Source: an uncultured Spirochaetota bacterium
Lineage (GTDB): Bacteria; Spirochaetota; Spirochaetia; SZUA-6; Fen-1364
DNA length: 64,000 nt
Direction of reading: 5' to 3'
NCBI GenBank assembly: GCA_963745235.1
Contig: CAVUXE010000010.1
Span: 1 to 64,000, forward strand
Position numbers and translations under genes: made by a program. The notes beneath the pieces are model-generated. The model was not told where the DNA came from. It searched no databases and saw only the letters and a list, made by a program, of their open reading frames with translations. Positions 33,322 to 42,753 of the stretch are shown here, piece by piece. Each line of letters starts with the position of its first letter. The first letter of the stretch is position 1.

Positions 33322-33594
33322 TTAGCGGAACAATCATCGCTAACGGCTATTCGTACAATATGAATCAACTCTCATTCGAAAGAAAGTGCTCTTATTATAG
33401 GCTCAGGAATACGCTCGCTGGCAGAACGGTGTGAGATTGATAATCGCGGGAGTATCAGGGTCCGCGTTTCCATTACTCTTGACTCCGACCGGCACGGATG
33501 TAAAATAGGTCAAATCGTCGGCTGCTCCTGTCGGCCTGCCATGCAGCCTGTCTAACAACTCCCGTCAACAAGAGAAGCCCGTAGGAGGAAGTGC

Positions 33595-34030
33595 ATGAGA
33601 AACCGGGTGATTCTAATTGTATTTGGGGGATTCGTGGCGCTTGTTCTGCTGGCCAGCTGTGGGCCCGGGAAGTATGTTCCAAAGGCAAATGAAGAAATCT
33701 ATGGCACATGGATCAACGAGGGTATCCGGTATCAGAAACTTGTTCTCTTTGCAGGCGGGGACAAAGAATACCTTAGCGTGGCAGATGCTGAGCCGGATAT
33801 GGAGACAACAGAGCAGATCAGCGCAAAGTGGAAAGATGGGGACGGAAACATCTGGTACAAGACTTTTGAGCTTTTCATTAGCGGGCATCTCAAAGGCACC
33901 AAGATGCAGTATCTTTGGAAGATCAGCAATGGCTCGCAGATTGAGCTAACAGGTGTGGCGGTAGGAGACTTCAACGAAAAGAGCTTCCCGTTAGACGTTA
34001 ACGGAGCGATCGCATGGCTGATCATCGCAG
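33595..34030 (+). CDS. Hypothetical lipoprotein (true 3' end uncertain)
   Basis: AGGAGG RBS, lipobox LLASC, NEEIYGTWIN, WKDGDGNIWYK. The read-through to 34371 overlaps AraC and looks non-coding. Confidence 0.6.
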
Positions 34031-34265
34031 TATCAGAAACGCTGACGATGAAAGTTGCAAGCGGAACGTTCAAATGTGGGCGGGAAGGGCAAGCAGATGG
34101 GCCTTTCCCGCTCTCTTTTTTGCGGGTCTACCGCGGGTGCGTTTTCATTATGAGCAGCAAGAGGAGAATCAAACTTCCAATTGTCTTTGAAACTCTTGGT
34201 CCACCAGCCGGAGACGTCGGTTACGTTGCCATATGCCTTTTCGGCTGTGACATTTGTTGTGCGAA

Positions 34266-35120
34266 CTACTGCGAGAGGGAGAGTTGGCGCCCAAACTCGT
34301 TGGATACGTTCAAGAACTGCTTTGGAGGAAATCCCGTCATTCTCTTGAAGTCCCTGGTGAAATGGGCTTGATCGTAGAAGTACTGATACATTTCTTCCTT
34401 GAGCGCCTCATACGACATCGTGTGGGCGATCTTCTTGTAAAACCATTGAAAGCGGAAAATCCCTGCCAGGGTCTTTGGCGAGACGCCTACGCTTCTCTTG
34501 AAAAGAATCTCGAGAAAGCGTCTTTCATAGCCGGTCCTCCGTTCGAGATCTGAGATCGAAGCCTTGCCATGAGTCCTTCTTAGAAGATCCACGCAATATT
34601 CGACAATTGGGTCCCGTGATTCCATGTCAATGGACTTGGTGTTCTTGGACGCTCTTCGCTTCAGGCCCTCGAAGAGCCTCTCCTGGATGAAATCCACCTT
34701 TCCCCGGGTCCCTTCGAGATTCCGAACCGTCTCCAAGCAGCTCTGATTCCATGTGCGTGAAAGCACGTCCACAGGCACAAGACGGTTTGCCAGTTCGCCC
34801 ATGGGAACACCGAATACAGGAAAAGCGCCAGATGGTGAAAACTCGATCCCAATGAAACAGGTCTTCCTGGCGGTAGTGCTCAGAACAACAGGGACGTCCC
34901 GGATCCCCACGAACGAGAGGCTTTGCTCCGGGCTCACGTGGGCTCGCCCCTGAGCGGTACTGATGAGTGAGTTCTCGCAGTTGACTATCAGCTTGGGGCA
35001 CCCGTTGGGCGCCGCCAGACTGATGTCCGACACGGGCAGCCCAACCTGGCTCTCAAAGACCCAGATGGATTGAATGTACGGCTTCAACTCGATCCGAGGC
35101 TCGATAAATGACAGTTTCAT
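34266..35120 (-). CDS. AraC-family regulator (DUF6597-like N-terminus)
   Basis: LKPYIQSIW, PNGCPKLI, FKRSVGVSPK, FYDQAHFTRDFKRMTGFPP. Confidence 0.88.
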   Translation of the reverse strand: MKLSFIEPRIELKPYIQSIWVFESQVGLPVSDISLAAPNGCPKLIVNCENSLISTAQGRAHVSPEQSLSFVGIRDVPVVLSTTARKTCFIGIEFSPSGAFPVFGVPMGELANRLVPVDVLSRTWNQSCLETVRNLEGTRGKVDFIQERLFEGLKRRASKNTKSIDMESRDPIVEYCVDLLRRTHGKASISDLERRTGYERRFLEILFKRSVGVSPKTLAGIFRFQWFYKKIAHTMSYEALKEEMYQYFYDQAHFTRDFKRMTGFPPKQFLNVSNEFGRQLSLSQ

Positions 35121-35201
35121 CGACCAGCGTTGCCCTGCTCAAGAAGGTCTTAATCTGCCTGTCGGCAGTCAAGCAAATTGGCAGGACGGGGAAGGGCGTG
35201 G

Positions 35202-36083
35202 TCAATCCCCTGCAAAGAATGGCTGCAGGAATATCCGTCCCGCCTCCCCCTCGGCCTCGAACCTGACGTAGGCCTCGTCGGCGGCACGGTACTCGAAGAG
35301 AGTCCCCTCGCCGCTTGCAAGCGTCTTTCCGCCTGGTCCGACAAATCGGCCCGCAGCCGGTGATTCCAGGGCCACCCGAGCACAAAGACCGGTGACGCTT
35401 ACCTCTTTCAGGAAGAGCCCCGTGGAACCGTAGAACCTCCCGGCTTTCAAGGCCGCAAGAAGCCCATCCCCGTTCTGCTCCTGTATGCAGGCCATGGTGA
35501 ACGTCCGCCCGAAATCCGAGAGCTGGTGAAAGTCGTCGTTCACGAAGCCCCAGAACCGCGCACCGCCAGTCAAAAGAGCATCCCACGTCTCTGAATAGAG
35601 CGGGTTCGTCCTGCGCAAGGAGCGGTGCTCACCGGCGTAATGGCCGTTGTACACCTCGATCCCGATCGGAGGCGGGTCAAGGGCAAGGATCATGGGAACG
35701 GTCCAGTATTCGATGACCCAGCTCGGCCGGGGATGACAGACAACGGTGAGCAGGTTTCGACTGGCCTTCAACGCTTCCGAGAGAGGCCGCGTGTGCAGGG
35801 GCGAAACGGTCGAGCCTATGAAGAGGATATTCTCGCTTTTCGACCATTCGAAGCCCTCCAGGAGGATCATCTCAGGCCAGCGCTTTCGGGCTTCGCGGAG
35901 GTCGGTCACGTGATCGTGATCGGTGATCGCCAGGAACCGGGCTCCTGCCGCCCAATACTTTCCTATGCCCTCGAACAAAGGAACCGAGGCGCAGCCGCTG
36001 TGCTCGCGGCAGTGAGTATGCAGATTTCCCCGGACCCACGTTCCCGTGGCGCTTGCGTAGGGGTTGTTCAAGAAAGCAGGCAC
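35202..36083 (-). CDS. PHP-domain metallohydrolase
   Basis: GNLHTH, ITDHDH, CHP, IEVYN, NDDFH; starts 6 nt after the gcvPB stop. Confidence 0.8.
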   Translation of the reverse strand: MPAFLNNPYASATGTWVRGNLHTHCREHSGCASVPLFEGIGKYWAAGARFLAITDHDHVTDLREARKRWPEMILLEGFEWSKSENILFIGSTVSPLHTRPLSEALKASRNLLTVVCHPRPSWVIEYWTVPMILALDPPPIGIEVYNGHYAGEHRSLRRTNPLYSETWDALLTGGARFWGFVNDDFHQLSDFGRTFTMACIQEQNGDGLLAALKAGRFYGSTGLFLKEVSVTGLCARVALESPAAGRFVGPGGKTLASGEGTLFEYRAADEAYVRFEAEGEAGRIFLQPFFAGD

Positions 36084-36089
36084 CAGGAT

Positions 36090-37538
36090 CTATCCCGCTG
36101 TGACTTTCAGCTCTCGTGCCGCCTTGACCTCGTCCAGCCTGCGCACGGGCGAGGAGTGCGGCGCTTCTTGCAGAACCTCGGGATTTGCGCCTGCCTCCCG
36201 GGCAATTTCCAGAAGCGCCTGCACGAAGCTGTCCAGCGTCTCCAGGCTCTCCGTCTCCGTGGGCTCTATCATCAGGGCTTCCGGGACGATCAGGGGGAAG
36301 TAGTTTGTCGGAGGATGGAAGCCGTAGTCGATGAGCCTCTTGGAGATGTCCAGGGCACGGATATCGGGTGCAGCGGCGAGCTTTCCCTGCGCAACGAACT
36401 CGTGCATGCAGGTGCGATCGCCATGGGGAACGGGGTACACTCCCTTCAGCCTCGCCTGGAGGTAGTTGGCGTTCAGCACTGCATTCTCCGCAACAGCGCG
36501 CAGCCCGTCAGGTCCCAGCATGCGGATGTAGACGTATGCGCGGACCAGGATGCCGAAATTGCCATGGAAGCTCTTGACCCGTCCTATCGATCGAGCGGGC
36601 ATGCACCAATCGTATTGCCGCGGGTCCGCCGCGTCTTTGCTCACCACCGCGACCACAGGTCCCGGCAGATAATCGGCAAGCCCCTCCACCACGCCCACGG
36701 CGCCCGCGCCGGGCCCGCCACCGCCATGCGGCGTGGAGAACGTCTTGTGGAGGTTGAAATGCATAACGTCGATCCCCATGTCACCCGGCCTGGCCACACC
36801 GAGGATGGCGTTGAAGTTCGCCCCATCTCCGTATACGAGGCCTCCCGCCGCATGGACAAGGCGCGTGACCTCCAGGAGGTTCTCCTCGAACAGGCCCAGC
36901 GTGTTGGGGTTGGTCAGCATGAGGCCGGCCACGCGATCATCGAGGTTTGCTTTCAGACAGGAGATGTCGATGTTGCCCCTTTTGTCGGATGGGATCTCAA
37001 CGGCTTCAAGACCCGCCATGGCGGTGGAGGCGGGGTTGGTGCCGTGAGCGGAGTCAGGGACGAGGATCCTGGTGCGCCCCGTCTGCCCTCGGTCCGCGTG
37101 GTACTTTCGCAGGATCAGGATGCCGGTGAGCTCCCCGTGCGCGCCGGCGGAAGGCTGCAGGGACACCGCGTAAAATCCCCCGATCTCGGCAATCATCTCC
37201 TGGAGGGAATGCATGACAGCGAGAGCTCCCTGCGACGTCGAAGGGTCCTGGAGCGGATGCAACGCCGCAAACCCCGGCAAGCGTGCGGCTGCATCGTTTG
37301 CTTTCGGATTGTACTTCATTGTGCAGGAGCCAAGGGGATAGAACCCGGTATCCACGGCGTAGTTGAGCTGGGAAAGCCGCACGTAGTGGCGCACCACGTC
37401 GATCTCGGAAACCTCCGGGAGGGAAAGCTCCGAGCGGCACAGGTGAGACGGGATGGGGGTTTCGGGCACGTCGCAGGCGGGCAAGGATACCCCTTGCCTT
37501 CCCTTTCGGGAGACTTCGAAAATGAGCGGCTCAGGCAT
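36090..37538 (-). CDS. gcvPB: Glycine dehydrogenase subunit 2
   Basis: [51 protein letters not shown]. Start at MPEPLIFE. Confidence 0.96.
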   Translation of the reverse strand: MPEPLIFEVSRKGRQGVSLPACDVPETPIPSHLCRSELSLPEVSEIDVVRHYVRLSQLNYAVDTGFYPLGSCTMKYNPKANDAAARLPGFAALHPLQDPSTSQGALAVMHSLQEMIAEIGGFYAVSLQPSAGAHGELTGILILRKYHADRGQTGRTRILVPDSAHGTNPASTAMAGLEAVEIPSDKRGNIDISCLKANLDDRVAGLMLTNPNTLGLFEENLLEVTRLVHAAGGLVYGDGANFNAILGVARPGDMGIDVMHFNLHKTFSTPHGGGGPGAGAVGVVEGLADYLPGPVVAVVSKDAADPRQYDWCMPARSIGRVKSFHGNFGILVRAYVYIRMLGPDGLRAVAENAVLNANYLQARLKGVYPVPHGDRTCMHEFVAQGKLAAAPDIRALDISKRLIDYGFHPPTNYFPLIVPEALMIEPTETESLETLDSFVQALLEIAREAGANPEVLQEAPHSSPVRRLDEVKAARELKVTAG

Positions 37539-38883
37539 TGCGGCAATCCTCCAGGGCGGCAACCAGGCGATCGATCTGTTCTTTCGTTGTGACCTCGGTG
37601 CAGCAGAGAAGCATGGCGTCCCGCAGCTCGGGATAATCCGCGCCAAGGTCATAGCCTCCAACAATACCATGCTTCTCGAAGAGCCTCGCGTTGATGCGCG
37701 AAACCGGGCGGGGGCAGCGAACGGCAAACTCGTGGAAGAACTCACCCCGCGTAACGGAGTAGCCGGACAGGCTCCCGACTCGGGAGGCCAGGTAGTGGGC
37801 CTTGTGCCAGCACAACTCTGCGACGCGCCTGAGCCCACGGGGTCCGAGTGCCGTGAGGTAGACCGCGGCGGTGAGGGCATTCAGGGACTGGTTTGTGCAG
37901 ATGTTCGAGGTGGCCTTTTCCCGTCGGATGTGCTGCTCGCGGGTGCTGAGCGTAAAGACGTAGCTCCTGCGGCCATCATGGTCCACGGTCTCTCCGGCAA
38001 TCCTCCCGCTTGATTTGCGGATATGGTCCCGCCGAAAGGCGAAGAACCCGAGGTAGGGACCACCGAAGGACAGGTGGTTCCCCAGCGCCTGGCCCTCGCC
38101 TGCCACAACGTCTGCTCCCATCTCCCCCGGCGGAACCAGAAGCCCAAGGGCAACAGGGTTGGCGACGACAACAAGCAGGGCGCCGCACGCGTGCACGCGC
38201 TTGGCAAGACCGGAGAGCTGGGCCGGCTCGGCGACACGTCCCAGGAAGTCCGGGTACTGCACGACAACGCAGGCGGTGGACTCATCGCACAAATCTCCCA
38301 GCTGATCAAAGCCGATCGAGGTGCTCTCGTCTCCCGTGACGGTGAGCCCCATGCCCTGCGTGTAGGTACGGACCACCGCCCTGTACTGCGGGTGCACCCC
38401 CGCGGAAAGAAGCACGCGTTTCTTCTCCCTTTGCGCCACGTTCAGGGCCATGATGACGGCTTCTGCCGTGGAGGTGGCTCCGTCGTAGTGGGAGGCGTTG
38501 GAGATCTCCATCCCCGTGAGCCGGGCGATCATGCTCTGGTACTCGAAAATTGCCTGCAGCGTTCCCTGGCTGACTTCCGGCTGGTAAGGGGTATACGCCG
38601 TCGCAAACTCGGAGCGGGAGACCATCGCATCCACTACGGCCGGTATGAAATGGTTGTACGCGCCTGCACCGAGGAACGAGGGGGTCTGGGGTCCCTGGGC
38701 GTTCAGGCGCGAGAGTGCATCCAGCTGGCCCAGGACCTCGTGCTCGGAGAGAGCCGCGGGAAGGTCGAGCCTGGGAAAACGGAAATCCTTCGGCACATCG
38801 TGGAACAGCTCGGCGGTGGAAGCGACGCCGATGGCGGAAAGCATGTGCGCGCGGTCGGCATCCGTGTTGGGAATGAAGCTCAT
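37531..38883 (-). CDS. gcvPA: Glycine dehydrogenase subunit 1
   Basis: [46 protein letters not shown]. Confidence 0.96.
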   Translation of the reverse strand: MSFIPNTDADRAHMLSAIGVASTAELFHDVPKDFRFPRLDLPAALSEHEVLGQLDALSRLNAQGPQTPSFLGAGAYNHFIPAVVDAMVSRSEFATAYTPYQPEVSQGTLQAIFEYQSMIARLTGMEISNASHYDGATSTAEAVIMALNVAQREKKRVLLSAGVHPQYRAVVRTYTQGMGLTVTGDESTSIGFDQLGDLCDESTACVVVQYPDFLGRVAEPAQLSGLAKRVHACGALLVVVANPVALGLLVPPGEMGADVVAGEGQALGNHLSFGGPYLGFFAFRRDHIRKSSGRIAGETVDHDGRRSYVFTLSTREQHIRREKATSNICTNQSLNALTAAVYLTALGPRGLRRVAELCWHKAHYLASRVGSLSGYSVTRGEFFHEFAVRCPRPVSRINARLFEKHGIVGGYDLGADYPELRDAMLLCCTEVTTKEQIDRLVAALEDCRNA

Positions 38884-39269
38884 AAGGTCTCCACGAGCTT
38901 CCTGTAGGAGGCAAGGTCCATGAGGGAGTCCAGCTCCTTCACGTCGCTCAGGCGGACGCGCACGAGCCAGCCGTCGCCGAAGGGATCCTTGTTCACCAGC
39001 TCCGGCGCTTTGACCAGCTTCTCATTTCGCGCGGTGACCGCCCCCGAGACGGGGGCAAACACCTCTTCGGCGGCCTTCACGGATTCGATCACCATGAACG
39101 CGGACTCCTTCGTAAGCACCTTGCCGACGGCCGGGAGATCCGTGAACACCACGTCGGAGAGCTTGTTCTGCGCGTAGTCCGTGATTCCCACCACGGCCTC
39201 CGCGCCGTCCATCCTCACCCATTCGTGGGTCTTCGAGTAGCGCGCCTTCTCGTCGAATTTGTACTCCAT
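38880..39269 (-). CDS. gcvH: Glycine cleavage system H protein
   Basis: THEW, GITDYAQ, lipoyl motif IESVKA, DPFGDGW; start MEYKFD. Confidence 0.95.
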   Translation of the reverse strand: MEYKFDEKARYSKTHEWVRMDGAEAVVGITDYAQNKLSDVVFTDLPAVGKVLTKESAFMVIESVKAAEEVFAPVSGAVTARNEKLVKAPELVNKDPFGDGWLVRVRLSDVKELDSLMDLASYRKLVETL

Positions 39270-39274
39270 CCCTC

Positions 39275-40371
39275 TCACCTCCAGTGGGGCGATGTGTAAA
39301 AGGGCCGCTTCACGATCCGCGCGGCTTTTGGTGATTCCCTGATGACAATCTGCACCTCGCGATCGAGGTCCGCAAAGCCATCGTCCACGTATCCCATTCC
39401 GAGGAAGCGTCCCGTCGAGGGGCTTGCCAGCCCGGTTGTCACGCGCCCGACTTTCTTTCCCCCGGCGTGGACGGGGTAGCCCTGACGGGGGACTCCGGGT
39501 TCCATCATCTCGAAGCCCACGAGGCGGCACGACAACGGCCGGGAGGCAACGGCCTCCAGGGCGCGCTTGCCGATGAACTCGTGACCTTCCAGGCGGACCG
39601 CCGCACGGGCCAGGCCGGCGCTGATGGGGTCCGTGCTCTCATCTATCTCGTGGCCGTACAAGGGCAGGCATGCTTCCGCCCGCAGGGAATCCCGCGCTCC
39701 GAGGCCGCAGGGGATCAGCCCGCGGGGCTCGCCTTCCTTGAGGATTGCGGCCCAGAGGCGCCCAGCGTCACCGGCAGGGATCAGCATCTCGCAGCCCGGC
39801 TCTCCCGTATACCCCGTGGTGCAGAGAATGGTCCCAGCGCCAAGAAGGCTGCACTCCCTGACGCGGTGAAATCCCATCTCGTCAATGTCCATCCCCTCGC
39901 ACAAGGGCCTTATTATCTCCCGCGCCGCCGGACCCTGGAGTGCAAGCATGCAGGTGTCGCTTCCGCGATCCCGGAGGCTGACTTTCATCCCTCGCGCCCG
40001 CGACTGCAGCCAGGAAAGGTCCTTTGCCGTGTTGGAGGCGTTGACAATCATGAGCCAGGACTGGGGAAGGTGGTAGAGGAAGATATCGTCAATGATGCCG
40101 CCGGACTCGGAGCACAGGAGACTGTAGTGAGCGCGGCCCTCCGCAAGGCGGGAAATGTCCCACGTCTGGACCAGTTGAAGAAAAGGCAGGGAGTCCGGAC
40201 CTGCTATCTCGAACCTGCCCATGTGATCTATGTCGAAGAGTCCCGCGGCGGATCGCACGCGCAGGTGCTCTTCCCGGGGCCGGTGCCGTACTGGATGGGC
40301 ATGTCCCATCCGCTGAAGTCAATCATCCGTGCGCCGGCCCGCACGTGCCAGTCATGCAGCTTTGTCTGCAT
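39275..40371 (-). CDS. gcvT: Glycine cleavage system aminomethyltransferase T (frameshift at ~40277, likely a sequencing error)
   Basis: [19 protein letters not shown] joins [32 protein letters not shown]; one base short in a C run. Confidence 0.93.
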
Positions 40372-40427
40372 GCAACCTCCCCTCGCACGGATAGTGCGAT
40401 TCGCACGAATAGTGCGGCTCCCCCGAC

Positions 40428-40458
40428 AAAAAAAGAGAACGGTCACGTTCCCGTTCTC
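40428..40458 (-). terminator. Intrinsic terminator, expression platform of the glycine riboswitch
   Basis: Minus strand GAGAACGG-GAACGTGA-CCGTTCTC-TTTTTTT directly after aptamer 2. Confidence 0.8.
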
Positions 40459-40722
40459 CTCTGTCATGGGCCTGAGAGATTGCTCCCGGACGGCGTCCTC
40501 CGCGGTTGCCCGCGGATTTCCGCCTCATGCCCGGGGATTGCCCCTTCGGCGACCGGCAGGCCCCCCGTGGAGCCGCTGCGGCTACTTTCCAGAGTGCTGT
40601 CCCAGTGCGATCCTTTTGCCTGAGAGTTTCAGCGGCCCGTGTGCCGGCCCGCTGCTTGCCCCTTCGGCGACTTCCGCAGCAGCTTCGCTCCTGCTCGAGT
40701 TCTCTCTCGCACTGTTCTTCCA
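40459..40722 (-). ncRNA. Tandem glycine riboswitch
   Basis: Aptamer 1: CAGTGCGA-GAGAGA...GCCGAAGGGGCAA...AAACTCTCAGGCAAAAGGA-TCGCACTG. Aptamer 2: CTCTGGAAAG...GCCGAAGGGGCAA...AATCTCTCAGG...GACAGAG. Upstream of gcvT. Confidence 0.95.
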
Positions 40723-40807
40723 GCCGAACCTCTGGCACCGTATCACGCCCTCCGGGGGACGTCAAGCTCTGAGAGGCACCGAAGGCGCCGCTGAGAGGCG
40801 CGAGCCC

Positions 40808-41854
40808 TCAATCGCTTGCCAGCCCAGGGGTCCTCTTTGCATCCAGGTCGGGTGGAATGGAAAGGAAGTTCATTGGATCGACATAGTTGCCGCCCAGGTG
40901 TACTTCATAATGAAGGTGGGGCCCCGTTGAGAGGCCGGTGGTCCCCAGGTAGCCAATGATGTCCCCGCGGTTCACGTGACTGCCCTTGCGCGCAACGACG
41001 CGCATCATGTGGAGGTACCTGGTGGTGAATCCGTACTTGTGCTGGATCGAAACGAAATTGCCAAGGTCGTCATTGTAGCCTGTCTGCAGGACTGTTCCGT
41101 TTGCGGCCGCTTCCACGGGAGTGCCCATGCCCCAGGCGATGTCCACACCGAGATGCAGGTATCCCATGTGGGTGAACGGGTGGATGGTCCAGCCGAAGCG
41201 CGTGGTGATTATGCCGTGCACTCCCTTCAGCGGCCACAGTGTTGGCGTGTCGGCCAGGAGCTCCTTGTAGGTCTTCAGCATCTTGCCGATCTCATCCAGA
41301 GTCTCAGTGGAGCCGTCCATGAGGCTCGTCGTGTTCTTGAGGTCAGCGAGCTCCTTCAGGCTGCCCTGGCTGGTGGTCTCCGGCGCGAGGAACTGCGAGG
41401 CCACCGCGCCGGTCCCGGTTGCAGTGAAAGGATCCGGGTTGGAAATGGAGCTTCGCACGTTCTGAAGGCTGACCCGGAAGCCCCTTTCAGCCTTGCGCAA
41501 AGCCGAGACCTGGTCCCGGAGGCCTTGGATTGCCGTATCACTGTCCTGGAGGCTGAGGGAGACCCGCGTCAGCCGGTCGTTCATGGGCCGGAAGTTGATG
41601 ACGAGGACCGTGAATCCGGCCAGCACGATTCCAATGACGCACGTGAAGAAGATGAGCGAGAAGAAGGAGATCTGGAAATTGAAGATCCTTTTCTCCGTGT
41701 GGGGGATGATCATGACGGTGAACCGCTGTCTCCCCTTCTTCATGGCCAGCAGAAGGGCTTCGAGCAGCTTGACCCAGGTCCGCCTCAGCCAGAGGCCGAG
41801 GCTTTGGGCAAAGCGGTTCTCGAGCTTCTTGTACTGGGCAACAGTCAAGGACAA
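40808..41854 (-). CDS. Membrane-anchored M23 metallopeptidase
   Basis: TVMIIPH before a TM (spirochete-style), coiled coil, HLGVD, YLH, STGPHLHYEV. Confidence 0.9.
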   Translation of the reverse strand: MSLTVAQYKKLENRFAQSLGLWLRRTWVKLLEALLLAMKKGRQRFTVMIIPHTEKRIFNFQISFFSLIFFTCVIGIVLAGFTVLVINFRPMNDRLTRVSLSLQDSDTAIQGLRDQVSALRKAERGFRVSLQNVRSSISNPDPFTATGTGAVASQFLAPETTSQGSLKELADLKNTTSLMDGSTETLDEIGKMLKTYKELLADTPTLWPLKGVHGIITTRFGWTIHPFTHMGYLHLGVDIAWGMGTPVEAAANGTVLQTGYNDDLGNFVSIQHKYGFTTRYLHMMRVVARKGSHVNRGDIIGYLGTTGLSTGPHLHYEVHLGGNYVDPMNFLSIPPDLDAKRTPGLASD

Positions 41855-41971
41855 CCTCCCCCTTTCAGGCTAGCCTTCCCCTGAACCTTGTTATAGTCAT
41901 TGTCGGCGCAAAATCCGCCATGAATGCTGCATGAATATCTCATAATTTTTCGTTATTGGCGACAGGGGGGG

Positions 41972-42018
41972 CTGAGAAAACCATTCTCAGAAGAATCCCT
42001 GTGCGAAGAATCTGCGCA
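41972..42018. promoter_or_regulatory. Two putative enhancer (UAS) sites for an NtrC-family activator
   Basis: Perfect IR CTGAGAA-AACCA-TTCTCAG (41972-41990) and the related TGCGAAGAATCTGCGCA (42002-42018), about 80-130 bp upstream of a sigma-54 promoter. Confidence 0.6.
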
Positions 42019-42098
42019 GCTCTTGACTCACGAAGCGGTATTTCAACAGGAATTCAGCCCCTATTTGCTTCAAACACGAGGCTTGGGCCGCATGCTCC

Positions 42099-42114
42099 TG
42101 GCACGACTCTTGCA
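42099..42114 (+). promoter_or_regulatory. Sigma-54 (-24/-12) promoter
   Basis: TGGCACGACTCTTGCA matches TGGCACG-N4-TTGCA exactly. It lies 35 bp before the ATG at 42149 and a sigma-54 activator is encoded downstream. Confidence 0.85.
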
Positions 42115-42148
42115 TTTATGCAGCTGACAACATGCAAGGAGGCCATTC

Positions 42149-42670
42149 ATGGCAAAGAGATTTTTGATTGTTCTCATGACCCTTTCTCTGGCAACCGCTG
42201 CCTTCGCAAACGGCCAGTACGAGAAAGCGCAGCAGGGGATCTTCCAGGGTGACAAGCTGGTCCTCAAGGGCACAGTGTCTCTCCAGAGCTTCCCCCACCC
42301 CATCCTGAAGGTTGCGGACAAGCAGTACCTTCTCATGGTCCCGCCCTATCTCGTGGATCGCGCCGGGGTGAAGGATGGCATGCAGGTGACAGTGCAGGGC
42401 TACCAGTTCACCGATACCCCCCGGTTCGGCTGGGCAGGCGCTGACAAGGGCTACGTCGGGCTGTTCGTCACCCAGGCCACGATCGACGGAAAGGACTACG
42501 ACCTTGCCCGCTACTACGGGGAAATGATGATGGGCGGACGGGGCCGGGGATTCGGCTCAGGCTACGGTTACGGGATGATGGGAGGCGGCCCTGGGTATGG
42601 ACCCGGATACGGCATGATGGGCCGCGGCCGCGGGCCAGGCGGAATGATGGGCGGCTGGGACTGGGATTGA
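42149..42670 (+). CDS. Secreted protein with Gly/Met/Tyr/Arg-rich C-terminal tail
   Basis: AGGAGG RBS, signal peptide (AFA|N), small beta-rich domain, tail MMMGGRGRGFGSGYGYGMMGGGPGYGPGYGMMGRGRGPGGMMGGWDWD. Confidence 0.85.
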   Translation: MAKRFLIVLMTLSLATAAFANGQYEKAQQGIFQGDKLVLKGTVSLQSFPHPILKVADKQYLLMVPPYLVDRAGVKDGMQVTVQGYQFTDTPRFGWAGADKGYVGLFVTQATIDGKDYDLARYYGEMMMGGRGRGFGSGYGYGMMGGGPGYGPGYGMMGRGRGPGGMMGGWDWD

Positions 42671-42702
42671 CCGGCTCGAGAGAGGGAGCCCCCGTCGAAA
42701 CT

Positions 42703-42731
42703 GAGCCAGCGCGCGCTGGCTCTTTTTGTTT
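42703..42731 (+). terminator. Intrinsic terminator/attenuator between the secreted protein and the kinase
   Basis: GAGCCAGC-GCGC-GCTGGCTC-TTTTTGTTT. Confidence 0.75.
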
Positions 42732-42753
42732 CGGGGCGATATCCTTGCCGCGG

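Larger units (their letters stand above)
31688..33400 (+). pseudogene. Ser/Thr-rich lipoprotein gene interrupted by ISAzo13 (also frameshifted at ~31858)
   Basis: AGGAG RBS and VLGC lipobox. Removing the IS and one TTA gives in-frame LVPLSGTIIANGYSYNMNQL. 3' end approximate. Confidence 0.7.

Noticed and set aside
34030-34371. C-terminal third of the 258-aa ORF at 33595
   Set aside because: Composition turns random-like and it overlaps the AraC gene by about 105 bp; likely a lost stop or frameshift.
28450-35200. Prophage, integron or diversity-generating retroelement as the source of the lipoprotein block
   Set aside because: No integrase, phage genes, reverse transcriptase or attC-like repeats were recognised, and the only exact repeat found is 15 nt.
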